64,000 nt of DNA from Felis catus (lineage: Eukaryota): positions 150,228,001-150,292,000 of the forward strand of contig NC_058368.1 of assembly GCF_018350175.1 (NCBI RefSeq). Reading direction: 5' to 3'. The notes under the pieces were generated by a model that worked only from the letters and a program-made list of their open reading frames with translations, ran no database searches and was not told where the DNA came from. Of the stretch, positions 1 through 13,699 are shown in pieces. Position 1 is the first letter of the stretch. The number at the start of each line of letters is the position of its first letter. The position numbers and the translations under genes were made by a program.

Positions 1-1466
1 CACCCACCTTGTTTCCAGACAGTTAGTCCAGAGCCTTGCTTTTATTAAAAGGGTTGCAGGAAAACCTTTTGTCTTTAAGAATTTATTCACTAACATACTT
101 TGTGATGGGGTCTGAAGGAGCGAAGTCTCCAACCACCCAGTCCAGCAGGGTAAGAACCTTTGTTTCCATGAATGCAGCTTTGCACTCGGCCATACTCTCA
201 AGATCTGAATGCTGGTAGACAAGTTCTTATGAACTTGTGGGTTTCCTCAATCCTCCTCCCAGAATGGGGAGAAATGTTGACTGGCGCAGCATCCTCTAAA
301 TTTTCTGTCCACCCAAACATTGGAAACTGGGTAAAGAGTTGGAAACAGGATTATTGTACTATCAAAATACCAGGATCACTTTTGAAATATGGCTACGTTG
401 TTTGCCTTTAATAATTGGCTTAATAATATAATAGTTGATCCATACAGCCATAACTTGATGGATAACTACCAGTGAACTGATCTGTATTTGGATTAAGATT
501 TAAGAGTGTGCACTTGAAAGAACAATTAAAATATTTTTCTCTCGCCTTGTAAGAGAGGTCTTCTCAATGGGCAAGTGAAGAAAGTCTGCATTGATACTAC
601 ATAATTTTGCCTTACTTAACATTTTATATGAAGATCTATTCTTTATTGATAAGACATATAAAAGGCACCAGTTATTTTTGCTACTTTATTTTCTTACATG
701 AAACCTGCTAGTGGGTCAGTTCCTGTGAGAACACTTACTCCACCCTCCACCATCATTGTTCTTTCCCTAGAAACCACTCAATAATCGCTAGTATCCATTC
801 TATGCTAAACTAATCAGTGACCCCTTTCTCAAGGTGAAAATCATCTGTAATCATATTGTATTTATTTTCATTATCCTTAAGTCTTGGTTTATTTTTACCT
901 GTGCTTCTTAGAATGCTGAGCTCTTATTTATTCCCTAAATCCTTTTGTCTCCAGTGCATGTGGACATTAATAAATATTTGTTGCCCCCAAAATTAAAGTT
1001 AGTAATTGCTTTAATCTTTCCGTTTTGTTTCCTAAGTTTTAAAAAAAAACTCTTAAAAAATGAAACTTCCAAACTCTACGCAGATAATAAGATTATCATA
1101 TAAGGAGATTCAAATGAGTAAAAAGTGATTAAGTACAACTTTTAATACAGTAAATTAACACAATACAGATGATCAACTTGGCCATATACCTTTTGATCAC
1201 ATGTAGACATTTCTGTCCAGGCACTCCTCTCAACTATATTTTATTGCCTTCTGTACTTTGCCTTATTTCCTATAACACTCTGTGTTCTTTTCTGTTTTTC
1301 TTTCCCACTCCTATCATCCTTGTTTGTGCACTATTCCTCCATTTGTAATTGATATAAAAGGTACAATATTGAAGAAAAGCAAGTGATGCTGGGGCATGTT
1401 CACCATTGCCCATAGGTTCTGAAGACACTTGCAAGATCCTAGCCTGTTTCTTTACTTATTAAAGGA

Positions 1467-1511
1467 GAAGAAGAAGAAGAAGAAGAAGAAGAAGAAGAAG
1501 AAGAAGAAGAA
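1467..1511 (+). repeat. (GAA)15 trinucleotide microsatellite
   Basis: Perfect GAA units read directly. Explains the poly-K ORF 1429..1617. Confidence 0.97.
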
Positions 1512-4500
1512 AGAAACAAAGAAACAAGGAAAGAAACAAAGAAAGAAAGGGAAAATATTTAGGTTAGGTGCTACAGCACTGAGCCCCTCCCACATCATGG
1601 TAAAGGTGAACAAGTGATCCGGTATGTATCATGCACTGAAATAAAAGTTTCTAAAACCCTGCTTCTATTTCAAAGACACAGAATTTGCTTGCTCATCATT
1701 AAAAATCAATTTTTAGTCTTACAGGAATAAAGAAACACGAATGTGGTTATTTTATGAGCGAAGACCTGATTATCTCATGCTGTGAGTGTGATTCCTCAAT
1801 GGTCAGAAGGGGAGCTCTGGAGAGGTCTACTTTTCTTGGGCAAGTGTACACTTGCCTCAGTCTCACTCATAAACCAGGAAACAGTCACATGCACTGAGCC
1901 TTAAATGTGTTCATTTCAAACCAGGCAGGAGGCCTGACACACACACTAAATTTTCAGTATTAGCATCTCCAAATCTTTATCATCATATACGCAGATTGAT
2001 TCATTTTCAGAGTCTGGTAACTGGTTCAATGTTATATCATTTTAAAGATTTTGTTGAATACCTTATTCTCTCATTTTCTTGTTGAGACTACAACTTTAGT
2101 TAGTTTTAGTCCCTTCCATAAAAGAAAAATGTAAGTTTTACATTTTGTGTCACAGGTTCATTTTTCCCCCCTGAAAATAGACATTTTCCTTATTTCTGAG
2201 ACTCATCCAAGATATAGGCAGTATTTCTTCCACGAAAGAAGAAAAAGGCAGCAAACTGATTACTTGTTGCGATCAAGCTTATTATAACAGAGACAGAAAA
2301 CCAGAATGCACTTCCTAGATCTGTCATTAGGTGAATAAAAGGGGAGGATTTCTTTTTCTTGTCTTATTTTCCTCATTTGTGAAGTGACACCTTCTGATCT
2401 TCATGAGCACTCTTGACACAGTAAAGCAAGGAAGTCAGGATTTCCGAATTCCTTATGATGAGGAGCAGTCACTGACTTTCCTTGTGCTGTGACTGCAGCT
2501 TCAGGTGGGACACGTGCTCAAATAAATGACCATGGTGGAGCTAGTATCTGATGCAGGTGATAAGAGGACAGGTTGGTGGCCAGGTCTGATGGCATAAGTT
2601 GTTGCTTGAACTAAATGTTAATCAAAATAAAGCTTGATGGCTAATGATGCATTGGGATCAATCTTGAGAGTAACTGATTGTTGATGACTTAGAACTTTTT
2701 ATAGAAAGTATTACCTACACTGACATTCACTTTATAGCTCAACTTCTTCAACTCTAAGTAAAATTAGAGACCCTTTTATCTTCTATTTAAATCCATCCCC
2801 TTCCTTAAGATGGCATGAGCATTGGTATAATGAAGCATAGAAAGTACATTTGTTATGTGAAAGGTACTAAAATTCCTGATGTAGCATGCATTCTGATAAA
2901 ATTACACAGATATTAAATTTTCACTCACAAATTTGTCTATCTGCCACCTACACTTACCATGACCTCACAACCCTGCCATCAATTTCGTTTTCTTTTTAGA
3001 CTACTTCCAAAGAGTTAATAGGAAAAAAAAAAACAGTTTTAGAGCTCAGAATTACTGGATAATGTTTCTTTATCTGGAAAAGAAAAAGCACTTCCATTCA
3101 GGGCTAACCTCAAATTTTTATTTTTCTGGTCTTCAAAATACCACATGTCATTTTCTCACTGTACCACTATTCTGTGTCACCCATGAGGACATCAAACCAT
3201 GTGCCAATATGAACTTACCCTTATCCAGTCGGCTCAATAGGATGATGCCCTTCACCATTCAAATTAAATCTGAACCCTGTGTCACTGCTCCTAAGCTGCT
3301 ATTCATCAATTTTTTCATGTTGTCATGTAGCCATGCTGTGGCTTTTGCTAATGTCCTTATCTCTATCATTAATTTTACCTTCTGATGTAGTAGTACCGGG
3401 TGATATGATTTACAACTTAATAAAATGAGTTTTTAAAACATTAGATAAACTAGTAAATCCATTTTTATAAGAGTCAGCAGTCTAGAGTTTTGAAGGTAGA
3501 CTTAATTTACCTCCTTTGCCTGATTTCATCTCAGGTGAACTGAATGGCATAAAACAATACAGTAAACAATGCAGTCATGCATAATACATAGCAGTTGAAT
3601 TCAATTTTAGTGGTTCTCCTAATGGTGTCCAGATGAGAACAAGGTGGGAGTAGAAGTGTTGAGAGGTGTTCTGAGGCATCTCCTTGACTTTGAAATCTTA
3701 CTTTCTTACCTTTTTTAACCTTTATGCCTGAGAATAAAATTTACCTCTGGGGACACAAATCCTTAAGGGGAGGTTAAATTGTTTTTCACAGCGTGGAATG
3801 CCAACTTTTTTTTAAAAAAAGGAATCAGTTGAAGGATAAATAAACTAACATAATAAAGAATATTTCTGCCTCTAGGCAGATAATTAGCCAAACCACCTAA
3901 GACAGATATGTAAAACAATCAAAGATATTTATCTTTTAAGTGCAGAAAGAAGCAATTTGTTCTCCCTACTCACCAAGATGCCAATTTAAAGGACTAAGAC
4001 AATTCCAAATATTACCCAAATGTGTGTCTGGTAAGGTAATCTGAATTCTATAACTGGATAGAATCTAGTCAATTATAAACCAACATACTTTTGAATAGGT
4101 TTGGGCATGAGTGACCATTATTCACTTATTCATGAAACTCAATACAAGCTCTCCATATCATCCCAAATACCTGTGTATTTATAGGATCTACTGCCAAAAA
4201 ATAAAAAGGAACCGACTATCAAGAGAATTTTTCAATGGCCTGAAATAGTGGGAATAAGAATATCTAATTTCTGCATTACTCATCACACCCCCGCCCCCCC
4301 CCCAACCCTGGGGAATGGAATGTTAAGTTGAATTTCTAAGCTTTAGAAAGTGCTTTTCTTTCCTTAATTTTGAAATGTCCATGTAAAAAAAAACTAAATT
4401 CAAGAAGGAGCTCACAGTATGGGTGAGCACAGAGAGAAGCAACAAATGGACTTCATAGCAAACTGTTATTCTTTTTGTTATTATTTTAATGGCAGTTGTA

Positions 4501-5059
4501 CTTTCTACGAATGATGTGTCAACAAGACCAAATGCAGGCGGCTTTGTGAATATCCCTAAAGGACAGTGACCTCACTTCCCTGGGCCTCAGCCCCTTAGAC
4601 GTGAATAAAGGTTTGTGCAGCTCTCAGACTTACAATTTCAACATCATCCTGCAGGGTCAAACTCGAACAACTGTTGGGTCTCATTAAGGACCTCACTGGT
4701 GCTGAAAGAATAACAGAACAGATTCAAATTTATGGGGCATTTGTGCTGAAATTTTTCTGGCATGTCTGCTTCCTGCACATGAAGAAAGCCTCTCTAGCAT
4801 TTATAACACAGGTGGAGTCTGTGTTAAAGACTTAAATCTGGAAAAAGATCCAGATGTTGGCAGTACTCTGATAATCCTATACAAGAAACATTTATATTTA
4901 TCAGCTCAGAAAGACAAAGGCTTATTGGATGTAGGCTCAAAGTTTACAAAATCAAAAGAAAGTTCTATTTAAAGTAAATGGATTATCTATCTCATCAAAT
5001 CTTAAAATGCTAGAGCAACTAAATACCCCACGGAAACCTGAAATCCTTAATTTTAGCAC

Positions 5060-5250
5060 AGGTCAGTAGACCAGTAATTATTTTATTACTTACCATGTCC
5101 AACACAGTGCTAAAATCCATGGTGGATATGGAAGCATCAGGCATGACTCGTACTGCCTACGTAGTTACAATCTAGTTGGGAGGCAAAACAATAATGAAAA
5201 CTACAAAAGTATATACACAAGTGGTAAATTTTATAACACAGACTACAAGT
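5060..5250 (-). mobile_element. L2 LINE 3' fragment (degenerate)
   Basis: ttattacttaccatgtccaacacagtgcta...ttacaatctagttgggaggcaaaaca resembles the antisense L2 3' end. Confidence 0.55.
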
Positions 5251-5337
5251 GTGCTAGTTTATTGTTTTTACTGTGAGTGGTATAATATGGTCCTCTAAGA
5301 ATGAAATTCCAAACAGGATTAGAAGTTAGATTAGATT

Positions 5338-5548
5338 AGGGTATCCCAAAGTATGTACCTGAAGACAGTAATCATAGAGAATACTCTTTAACACTGGCTT
5401 TTGAGGTCAAAAACATCGTATATTATATCTCCGCTTTGAGTGTTAATGATGTATCTTAGCACACTAGAGGCTCTAAGATGTCATGCAGAAAAGTTATCTT
5501 TATAATTTCATTTATTCCAATATTTTCCAAATTTAATTAACCACGGGT
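5338..5548. mobile_element. hAT-Charlie-type non-autonomous DNA transposon relic
   Basis: tcccaaagtatgt...tattttccaaatttaattaaccacgg resembles ancient hAT-Charlie MITEs. Exact family uncertain. Confidence 0.45.
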
Positions 5549-6427
5549 CGCTTAATGTCTCTTATCACTTATATTCCTACAAACATACTTTAGAAAACAC
5601 TGATTTTGGTAAATCCATAAATCATGGAACCATAATACAGTAGTAACTAAACATAAGAAAGCTAGGAATATGTCTGTTTTTGTAAATATAAATTTCAAGA
5701 TGACAGCCAAGATCTTCGTAGACAAAATTTGGCTAACGGAACTTCGTCCATCTAACATGAGTCTTCATGGCATTTATTATGCTCTTAGGAATCAGTCTAA
5801 TACCCAGGCTGATGTTTTTGTTGTATTTTTTTTTTTGCAAACTCACAACAAAAGCACACATACAAGCAAAAAATTATTATAAAAATAGAGCCATTAATGA
5901 CAGCCATAGAATTAGCTGAAGGATATCTCAGCAGCACACATTTGACTCATACATGCATGTGCTAACATAAGGTATAGGTGATGACAGGTTTGCCCTTGAC
6001 AGCATGTGTTTAGTTCTGATTGTAAGAAGTTTGGTTTGGAAATGACTAGTGTAAAACGACTCAGCAGACCGCTGTGGGCTAAGCCCCTCTATGTCCTTTT
6101 CAGGGCATTATATTATTTAAAGATTTAATCTTGAAAAACACACACTTTATTTCTAGCACTTTCTTCACCTCCAGCATAAAAGTTGGTAATGGTGCTATCA
6201 ATATCTTAACTAAAATAGTTGGCCCACATCATTTTATGTCAAACCCAACCAACTACAGGGTCTCAAAGTAATGGTACTCTGTAGTAGCATAATTCAGAAG
6301 CCTCTTGTGTCATTAGCTCCTTGAAAGCACATTGACAGAAAAAGTGTTGCCCAGGTTGAATGGTATTATAAGGATTTCTATTACTACTGTCTAGTGATAT
6401 TCGCCATTGTGAACCCTTGACTCAGAG

Positions 6428-6570
6428 CAGCGCCTCCCAAGCTTTCATGTGCAAAGGGATGATTTGGGTGGATCTTGTTAAAATGCACATTCTGATTCAG
6501 GAGGTTTGGGATCTGTCCCAAATTCTGCATTTCTAATGAGCTCCCAGGTGTATACTCCCTGAACTGCTCC
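6428..6570 (-). mobile_element. MER5A/MER5A1 (hAT-Charlie MITE)
   Basis: ggatcttgttaaaatgcacattctgattcag...ctgcatttctaatgagctcccaggtg matches the reverse complement of the MER5A1 core. Confidence 0.8.
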
Positions 6571-6880
6571 TTAAATAGCATGATCACAGAAAACGCATTG
6601 CAAAAAGCCTGGATCCTCTCCTGTCCTGAGGGCTTATTAGTTTTTAGTTCCCAAAGGCACTTCGTATAGGGAGAGCCGATTGCAGAGCTTTTTTTCAAGA
6701 ACGTCCCTCTTTCCATGTATTGTCCCTATCTCAAAATTCTAGTCCTTCTTACTTCCAGAGCAGTGTTTATTTTAATAAGTTAATTCTTCAAATAAGTTGT
6801 TGATAATTCAGTTGTTTTCAAATAGTTGAAGGTAAGCAAAAAGTTTTTTGTAGACTATCTCCTATCAGTCTTCTCTTTTA

Positions 6881-7105
6881 TTTTATTTATTTATTTTTTA
6901 ATGTTTATCCATTTTTTGAGAGACACAGAGAGACAGAGCCTGACTGGGGGAGGGACAGAGAGAGAGAGAGACTCAGAATCCAAAGCAAGCTCCAGGCTCT
7001 GAACCGACAGCACAGAGCCTGACACGGGGCGCAAACTCACAAACTGTGAGCTCATGACCTGAGCCAAAGTCTGAGGCTTAACCAACTGAGCCGCCTAGGT
7101 GCCCT
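6881..7105 (-). mobile_element. Can-SINE (SINEC_Fc type)
   Basis: Reverse-complement tRNA-like head, (CT)n region and A-rich tail. 16-bp TSD tcagtct(t/c)ctctttta at 6865-6880 and 7108-7123. Confidence 0.96.
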
Positions 7106-8809
7106 ACTCAGTCTCCTCTTTTAAAAGTGAGGCTGGACAGATTGCATGGGCTGCATTGCCTAAAGCCAAAAGATCCTTGCCCAGCCCTAGTTGAGAAGAC
7201 GTGTGTCCATTTATGCTTTAAATCACTGAGTGTAAGCAGGACTCCCCCAGGGATTGGTCAGACTATAGCAGGGGCAGTCTTCAGGGAATGACCACTTCAT
7301 TTTACTCTTAATGAGGCGGCAATGCCAAGCTGCTATGGGTTTTACCCAAGGTGTTGTGTAGGCATTTTTTAATGAAGTCTCAGACATATTTTGCATGCTT
7401 TTACCCAGCAGCCTAACCATGCTTCAAAGTTTCAATCTTTTGATTGATCTCGCTCATCTTGTTTGGGGACGAGGGGATGGGGGAAAGCTTCTGTAGCTGG
7501 TTGGAGGCAGATCCCACAAGAAAGCAATAAACTTCAGAATTGAATAAAAATCTAATTTGTGTACGCTAACTCTTTTTGGTAATGTTAATTTTTTATCATT
7601 TTATGGGTGCACTTCCATGGCCATAACATCCTTTTCGTTGGACTACTCATTAACTAATAGCCCACAGCAGTTAATTTCCTGCCTTTCCCTCCTACAATCT
7701 CACTTTATTTGTTTAGCTGACAGGCTTTTGAAGCAAGCTGGCTAAAGCCTGCAAGAATTCCTGGCTTTCTTTCTTCCTTTCATTCTCGTTATTATTAGGA
7801 ATATGGACAAGGTGCTTGTATGTATGTTCCATCTGAAATTCGTGCTGGAGTTTCTATCTCTTGGGAAAGAACCAAATTGCTTCATAATCGTCATGGACCC
7901 AATTCTGTAACTATCCGCCGTCAAAATTCTTGTTAGTGCCAACGGGAGTTTTGCCCTCGTTTAAGGTTACAAGATCAAGTGGTAAAGGTATTTATAGCCA
8001 CCTCACTCTCCCCCAAAAAATGAGTTAAACTAGATATGGGGAAAATTACTAAATGTGCTGTAGATGCTTTTCTTTTCACCAGAACAATTTCTCTGAGGAT
8101 AAATCAGTGACAAGACTTAGATAAAAAAGAAAATGAAAATTAATTGCTGGCTAGTGTTTTAACTAAGTTATTTTATTTTTCACTTCTCATGACAAAATAT
8201 ACATTTTGGAGGACACAATGAAATATAAAATTTACTGGCTCTCTTTTCTTAGCCAAACATGGAATGCACGTTCTGATCATGTGTCCCTCATAAGATATAT
8301 AGAAAAGCTAAAAGTTATGAGGCTCTTTGAAGGTCAAACAGCACTATCTTTCCAAAAAATTGTACTAACATTGACTTCGTCAGGACCCAGCTCACTCTGT
8401 GGGACTTACATGACTTCCCGGCCCTTTTTCCTTGTCTTTCCTCCCCACACTTCACCCACAAAAATGTGATTTGTGGAGGAACCAGAGAACTTCAAGCCAG
8501 AACTTTTGCTCTATCTAGTTTCACAACTATCCCTCTGGTGGAAAGTGCTTGACCTTTCTGGTCTTAATTACCTCATTTATAAATGAGTGGGGTGGATTAG
8601 CTATTCTCAGGTTTCTCTGGATCAAATATCCCATCATGAGTACAGGTTATAAATTTTACATAAATATTTAACTTTATCTACTTAATGGGAAAGCTGAAAA
8701 GAGAAAAGCCAATCAGTATATTGTACTTTCCATTTCCTATACAACTCTACAGATCTGTTTGTGTTTTGTTTTTTTTTTTGTTTTTTTTTTTAATTAAGTG
8801 GATAGTTCT

Positions 8810-9020
8810 GCAGCAAGAAGAGGGTGAATTCAGACAAGCTTTTCTTAGATTGTTGGCTCTGTAAGGTGACTTTGAACAAGTTACTCCATCTTAAAATAGA
8901 AATTTATAATTGACTTATGAGTAAAATTGGGATATTAAAACCTATATTACAGGATTGCTATAGGTTTTAATATAGAGAATAAAGTAAGACTTTCCATGCC
9001 AGACAAATGGTAGTTGTTCT
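8810..9020 (+). mobile_element. MIR (degenerate)
   Basis: gtgactttgaacaagttact...cctatattacaggattgcta...atgccagacaaatggtag follows the MIR order. Confidence 0.55.
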
Positions 9021-10304
9021 GACCACATATGATGCCCTGTGTGGGTGTGGGCAGTAGCGAAATGAACATTGGTTTAGGCATTAAGAAAAGTGGATTCTGG
9101 TTCCATTTCTTCCACATCTGGCCAAATCATAGTTTTCTCATTTATTAAATGAAGTATTCAACAAAAGGTGTTTTAGGTCTCCTGCTAGCCTTAATTTTTC
9201 ACAGTCTTAATGTGTGAAGACTGCATGCATTGAGGCTTTGTGTCACTGAAAATACAGATACTCTCTTCTACAAAGATTTACATAATTCTCATTCTTTTTA
9301 ATAGTTTATTGCAATAGTTCTTGTTCATCTCTGACTTTTCCAGTAAATACTCAACCTTTTTTCTCTGGTATCTGCATAAGTGGTATTTAGAATTAATGTA
9401 AATTTTTCAAGGACAAACAAGTTGATCCACATTTGGAAACTAGGTCTTTGAGTTTTATCAGAAAAGACATTTAAAATAGTAAAATACAAGTATTTTATAT
9501 TTTAGTATTAAAGTCAACTTCTTAGTAACTTGACTTATGAAAAACAGAAAGGAAAGAATATAAAAATACCTCAACAGAGTAATAATTATTTATTATTTCC
9601 CTTGGGTTGGTAAGTACAGTATGTCTTTTTCATATTCAGAATGAACCTATAATAAAATATGCTAAAAAACATAACTGGCATTTTTTTTGTATTGCAAACT
9701 AATTGCAATTTATATTTTAAGTCCAAACTGTTTTATACCCTCAGATGTCCATTGGGGTCAGATCCTCATTTGGTGGCTGGATAGCTTCCTTAAATGAGAA
9801 CCCAACTGACAGCTTGTTATGTATTAGCTATTGATCAGTAAGTTCCCTCACTTGAACAAAACAAATGTCTTTAACAAGTTATCTCTTATACTGTGTATGT
9901 ATCCCCTAAATATTAACAGTCTCTCAAAAATATCTATACAGCTGGACTTGACAGCCACAAAGATACCTAGGCTTAAAAAATATTTGGAAGGTTGCCATCA
10001 CTTCTGTATCTGAAACCACTAAACTATCAATGGCAGACAAAGGTCCAAATATATTTGCTAGGACAAATTTCTCTTCCAAAAATGACTCTGTGAAATTCAT
10101 ATTCATTTTACAGAAAAGTGAAATGCTGCAAAAAATGACAATGAATTTTTCAAATGGATATGGTAAGAATGTTGTTGGCACAGAACCTGATCATAAAGAC
10201 ATAAAATGTGAAATGAAATATATTGTGTGGTGAACCTATATACATATTCTCGAAGACATCTTGAACCATCATTAAATCATATTACTGTTGATTTTCATTT
10301 GAAT

Positions 10305-10510
10305 ACGAGTTGCAAACTGAAATGCCTTTAGGGCCTAAGCAACCATCATAAATGTAGGAAGAAGTCAGAAACTAAACAATTGAGAGGTGTTAGGCTTGTG
10401 TTTTACAGGACAGCATATGCCTCCTCCAAAACCATTCAAATTATGTTAAAAGCAAAATGAAAATCATGATAACTGAATTAAACACATCTGGGGGCGGGAT
10501 TCTTCTAAAC
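10305..10510 (+). mobile_element. MER102-like hAT DNA transposon relic
   Basis: gttgcaaactgaaatgcctttagggcc...aaacacatctgggggcggga resembles the MER102 termini. Confidence 0.6.
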
Positions 10511-11319
10511 CAATGAGAGAATCAAATTCCTATAAGAGACATGGAGCTGCATTCCTGCCTTAAACAATGGATATTGAGAAGTTGAGGATGGACTAGTTAA
10601 GTGGAAAATCAAACGTGGGCATTTAGAAGTCATGAAAAGTGTATTTTATAAAGAACAGAGCCAAGGCACGTCCTCAGTTTTCCAGAAAAGAAAAAATAAT
10701 TGGGGTACTGATAGATATGTTCTTCTGATCCTCGGTTCTAATAATGAAAATTCCATAATCATAGTTGAAAATTTGGAACCAAGGACTCCTGAGACACGGT
10801 TATCAATTTCATGGGCTCTCAACGTCTTGGTAGTATGGACTTCAACGTAAAAAAAAAAGAAAAGAACTAGGAGGTAGAGAAGAAAGAGAAGTAGAGGAAG
10901 GGAAAGGAAAAGAAGACCACAATTTTTTTCTCTGGCACATGAGTTCCTGGAATTTGAGACAAAGACACCAGATCAAACTTAGTCATTATGCTATACATTG
11001 AGACAGTGGAAGCATGTGCTCAGAATCTTCTTCTGTCTGAATGGCCACATCCAATTTGTCAGTTTATTTTAACTTCAAATTAAATTATTTTCCTATGCAT
11101 CTGGTTGAGTCTTAATCACTCATAAGATGATTGATAAGAAGTGTCTCCATAGCCTCTCAGTCTGACCCCTATGGTGATGTCTTGGTTGGCTTAGGGCTTC
11201 TACTTACTGGCACTTTCCAGGCATGGTTCTCAAATATGAGGCTGTCTTACCTGTTATTTCCATATTTCTTTGGATTTCATGTGGCTACATTGTAGGTATG
11301 TGCAGTGCTGAAAACATTA

Positions 11320-11556
11320 GTCAACACATTTTGAGGCGGGCTAAAGATATGATTTCAGATCCTGGCTGTGTCTCTTCCTAATGTGGCCTCTAGGAAAGTT
11401 ACCTAACCTCCCTGAGTCTTCATATCTTCATCTGCAAAAAGGCCTTGAGCATAGTTTTCTCTTGGAGCGATGGCAAGGCTAACTGCACTAACTAATGTGT
11501 GTGAAGTGCCTCAAACAGCTGTGACACACAGGAGGTGAGCACTCAGTAAACATGCT
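11320..11556 (+). mobile_element. MIR SINE
   Basis: Core aagttacctaacctccctgagtcttcatatcttcatctgcaaaa, then gtgaagtgcc...cactcagtaaacatg. Confidence 0.85.
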
Positions 11557-12459
11557 CCTTTTCACACTCAACAAGAACTGATAATTACAGCAAATCAACT
11601 TCAAGACTTTCAAAACAACCTCACTGATTACTAGGATCAATTCAACTGCTCTCTCTGGTCAGAAATAAAAACCCTTAAACAAAGAAAATTTAGATCAATG
11701 CTTGAGTGGAATTTGAGAATTCAATAGCTGGCTAGAAACAAGGGTGATGGCTCTTAGAAAACAAGAAGAATGTAAGGGCCAGTATGGCTTGGTAGTAGGT
11801 ACAGAAGCTCCTTAGGGAGTAATGCTTTCCGCAAGGAAGCCAGGGGTAAGATTGTGACCACAGCTCAGAGAAACAAGAAACGTCCAGTGAAAGAATTTCT
11901 ATTCAGCTAGGATTGCATCTGGTCACCAATCATAAAGCTGCGCTTAAAATATGCTTAATGCATTCAAGAGCAATCAGCAAGAGCCTTATTATTTAAATTT
12001 CACAATCAGAAGTACCAAAGGACCCTTGCTCCCCTAGTCAAGTGAGTAAGTGCTGACAAATTACCAAAATCTAAATTTAATAAAATTGTATTAGTCACCT
12101 TCCAAGGTGTCATCTCAGAGTAATGCTGAGATCAAAACCCTGATTTGAACATGTCAAACCAATTGCAGGATGCCAGGTGGCTTGTGAGTTGGAGACAAAC
12201 TACTGACACAATGGTCTGTGAAGCTCTGCTAATAAAGAAAAGGCACTCTGCCTTTTAAGAATCAAGACCCAGGCATATCCTTCTTGCCCAAAAACATGGA
12301 CTGCCAGACCCTGGGCTCTATTTTATGTTTGTGAATAATGAGCAGCCCATAGTGGTCTGTGTCATCGTTCTATCCTGTGATTTAAGCACAATCCTAAAGA
12401 ACAATGCCCTGATAACCAGAATAAAGTTGTAAAAACAAAAAAATTAAGAATTAGGAAAA

Positions 12460-12595
12460 ACGGTCTCTGGCCTCAGCTTTCTAATCTGACTAATGGGAAT
12501 AATGATAACTGCTCAGCCAATAGCAAGGGATAATTTTAAGGGTATAATTTTGTAACATATTACAGTATGCTTTATACTGTAAAACACTATATAAA
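12460..12595 (+). mobile_element. MIR fragment
   Basis: ctctggcctcagctttctaatctgactaatgggaataatgata core. Confidence 0.65.
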
Positions 12596-12599
12596 CCTA

Positions 12600-13660
12600 G
12601 CATTTATCTATCAAATACTTATTATTCACATACTAGATGCAGGCATATTTCCATTTTCCTAGGACAAATCAGAGAACAAAAAAGATTTTGTATTTTATGG
12701 AATTCACCATCTAGTAGGGGAGAGAGAAAACAAGTGATAGATGTTAATAAAATAAAAAGTAAAAGTCACTATATGTTAAAAGGGAGTGTAGGGTTGGGGA
12801 TGGGTTGCCGAATGAACCAGATATATCAGGTTAGGGTTAGTCTGTTTGTGAAGGTGATACTTGAGCAAAGACTGGAGATGGTGAGGGAGTTGGACTTTCA
12901 GATATCTGTGGGGCAGCTCTGTGGATCAAAGGAGCAGCCCTAAGGTAGGAGCACATAAAGTGTGTGGGTGGAGTAGAGTGAGGAAAAGAGTGATCCTAGA
13001 TGGAGTCAGAGAGGTATCATGGTCCAGATCCTGTAAGGCCCTGTAGGTTTTTATAAAGACTTTAGCGTTTGTTCTCAGTTGAAAAAGAAGTCATTGCAGA
13101 GTTTCAACAGGAGAGTTACACACATGCTCTGTTATTTTTGAGAATCTTTGTTTTTGTCTTCCATATTAAAAATAGATTGTAGGAGGCCAAGGGTACAAGA
13201 TCTCTACTACATTTCCATTTGGAGATGTTGCATAGGCAGCTAACTATGTGGATCTAGGGATCAGAAGTGAAGTCCAGAGATATAAATTTGGAAGCTATCA
13301 ACATATAGATGGTTATTAAATCCATAGGACTCAACAAAATCACTGGGGATATGAAGCAAAGAAATGAAGAGCCCTAAGGGCTGAGTCATGGGAAACTCGG
13401 GTATTCACTTCATTGGAGATGTGAGGAGGAGACAGCAGATGGGACTGGGAAGGAATAGCTGGCGATACACAAGGGAAATCAGAAGAATGTGGAAAACTGG
13501 AATCCAAATGAAGAAAAGTTTCAAGAAGAAGGAACCAAGTCTGTCAAATTCCAGTGAAAAGTAAAATCAGAACCAAAAATTGCCCAGTGGATTTAGCAAT
13601 ATGGTTGTCACTAGAAAGTAAGAAAGAATGGTTTGAAGAGACAATGAAGAAATAAGGACA
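12600..13660 (-). mobile_element. L2 LINE 3' portion
   Basis: Antisense L2 landmarks: ggaattcaccatctagtagggg, gaaggtgatacttgagcaaagactgga, gatataaatttggaagctatcaacatatagatgg, tggatttagcaatatgg. Confidence 0.85.
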
Positions 13661-13699
13661 TGTGTCCAATTTCCAGGTCCATAAGGACTGTGGAAGAAA

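Noticed and set aside
1429..1617. Poly-lysine ORF
   Set aside because: It is the translation of the (GAA)15 microsatellite.
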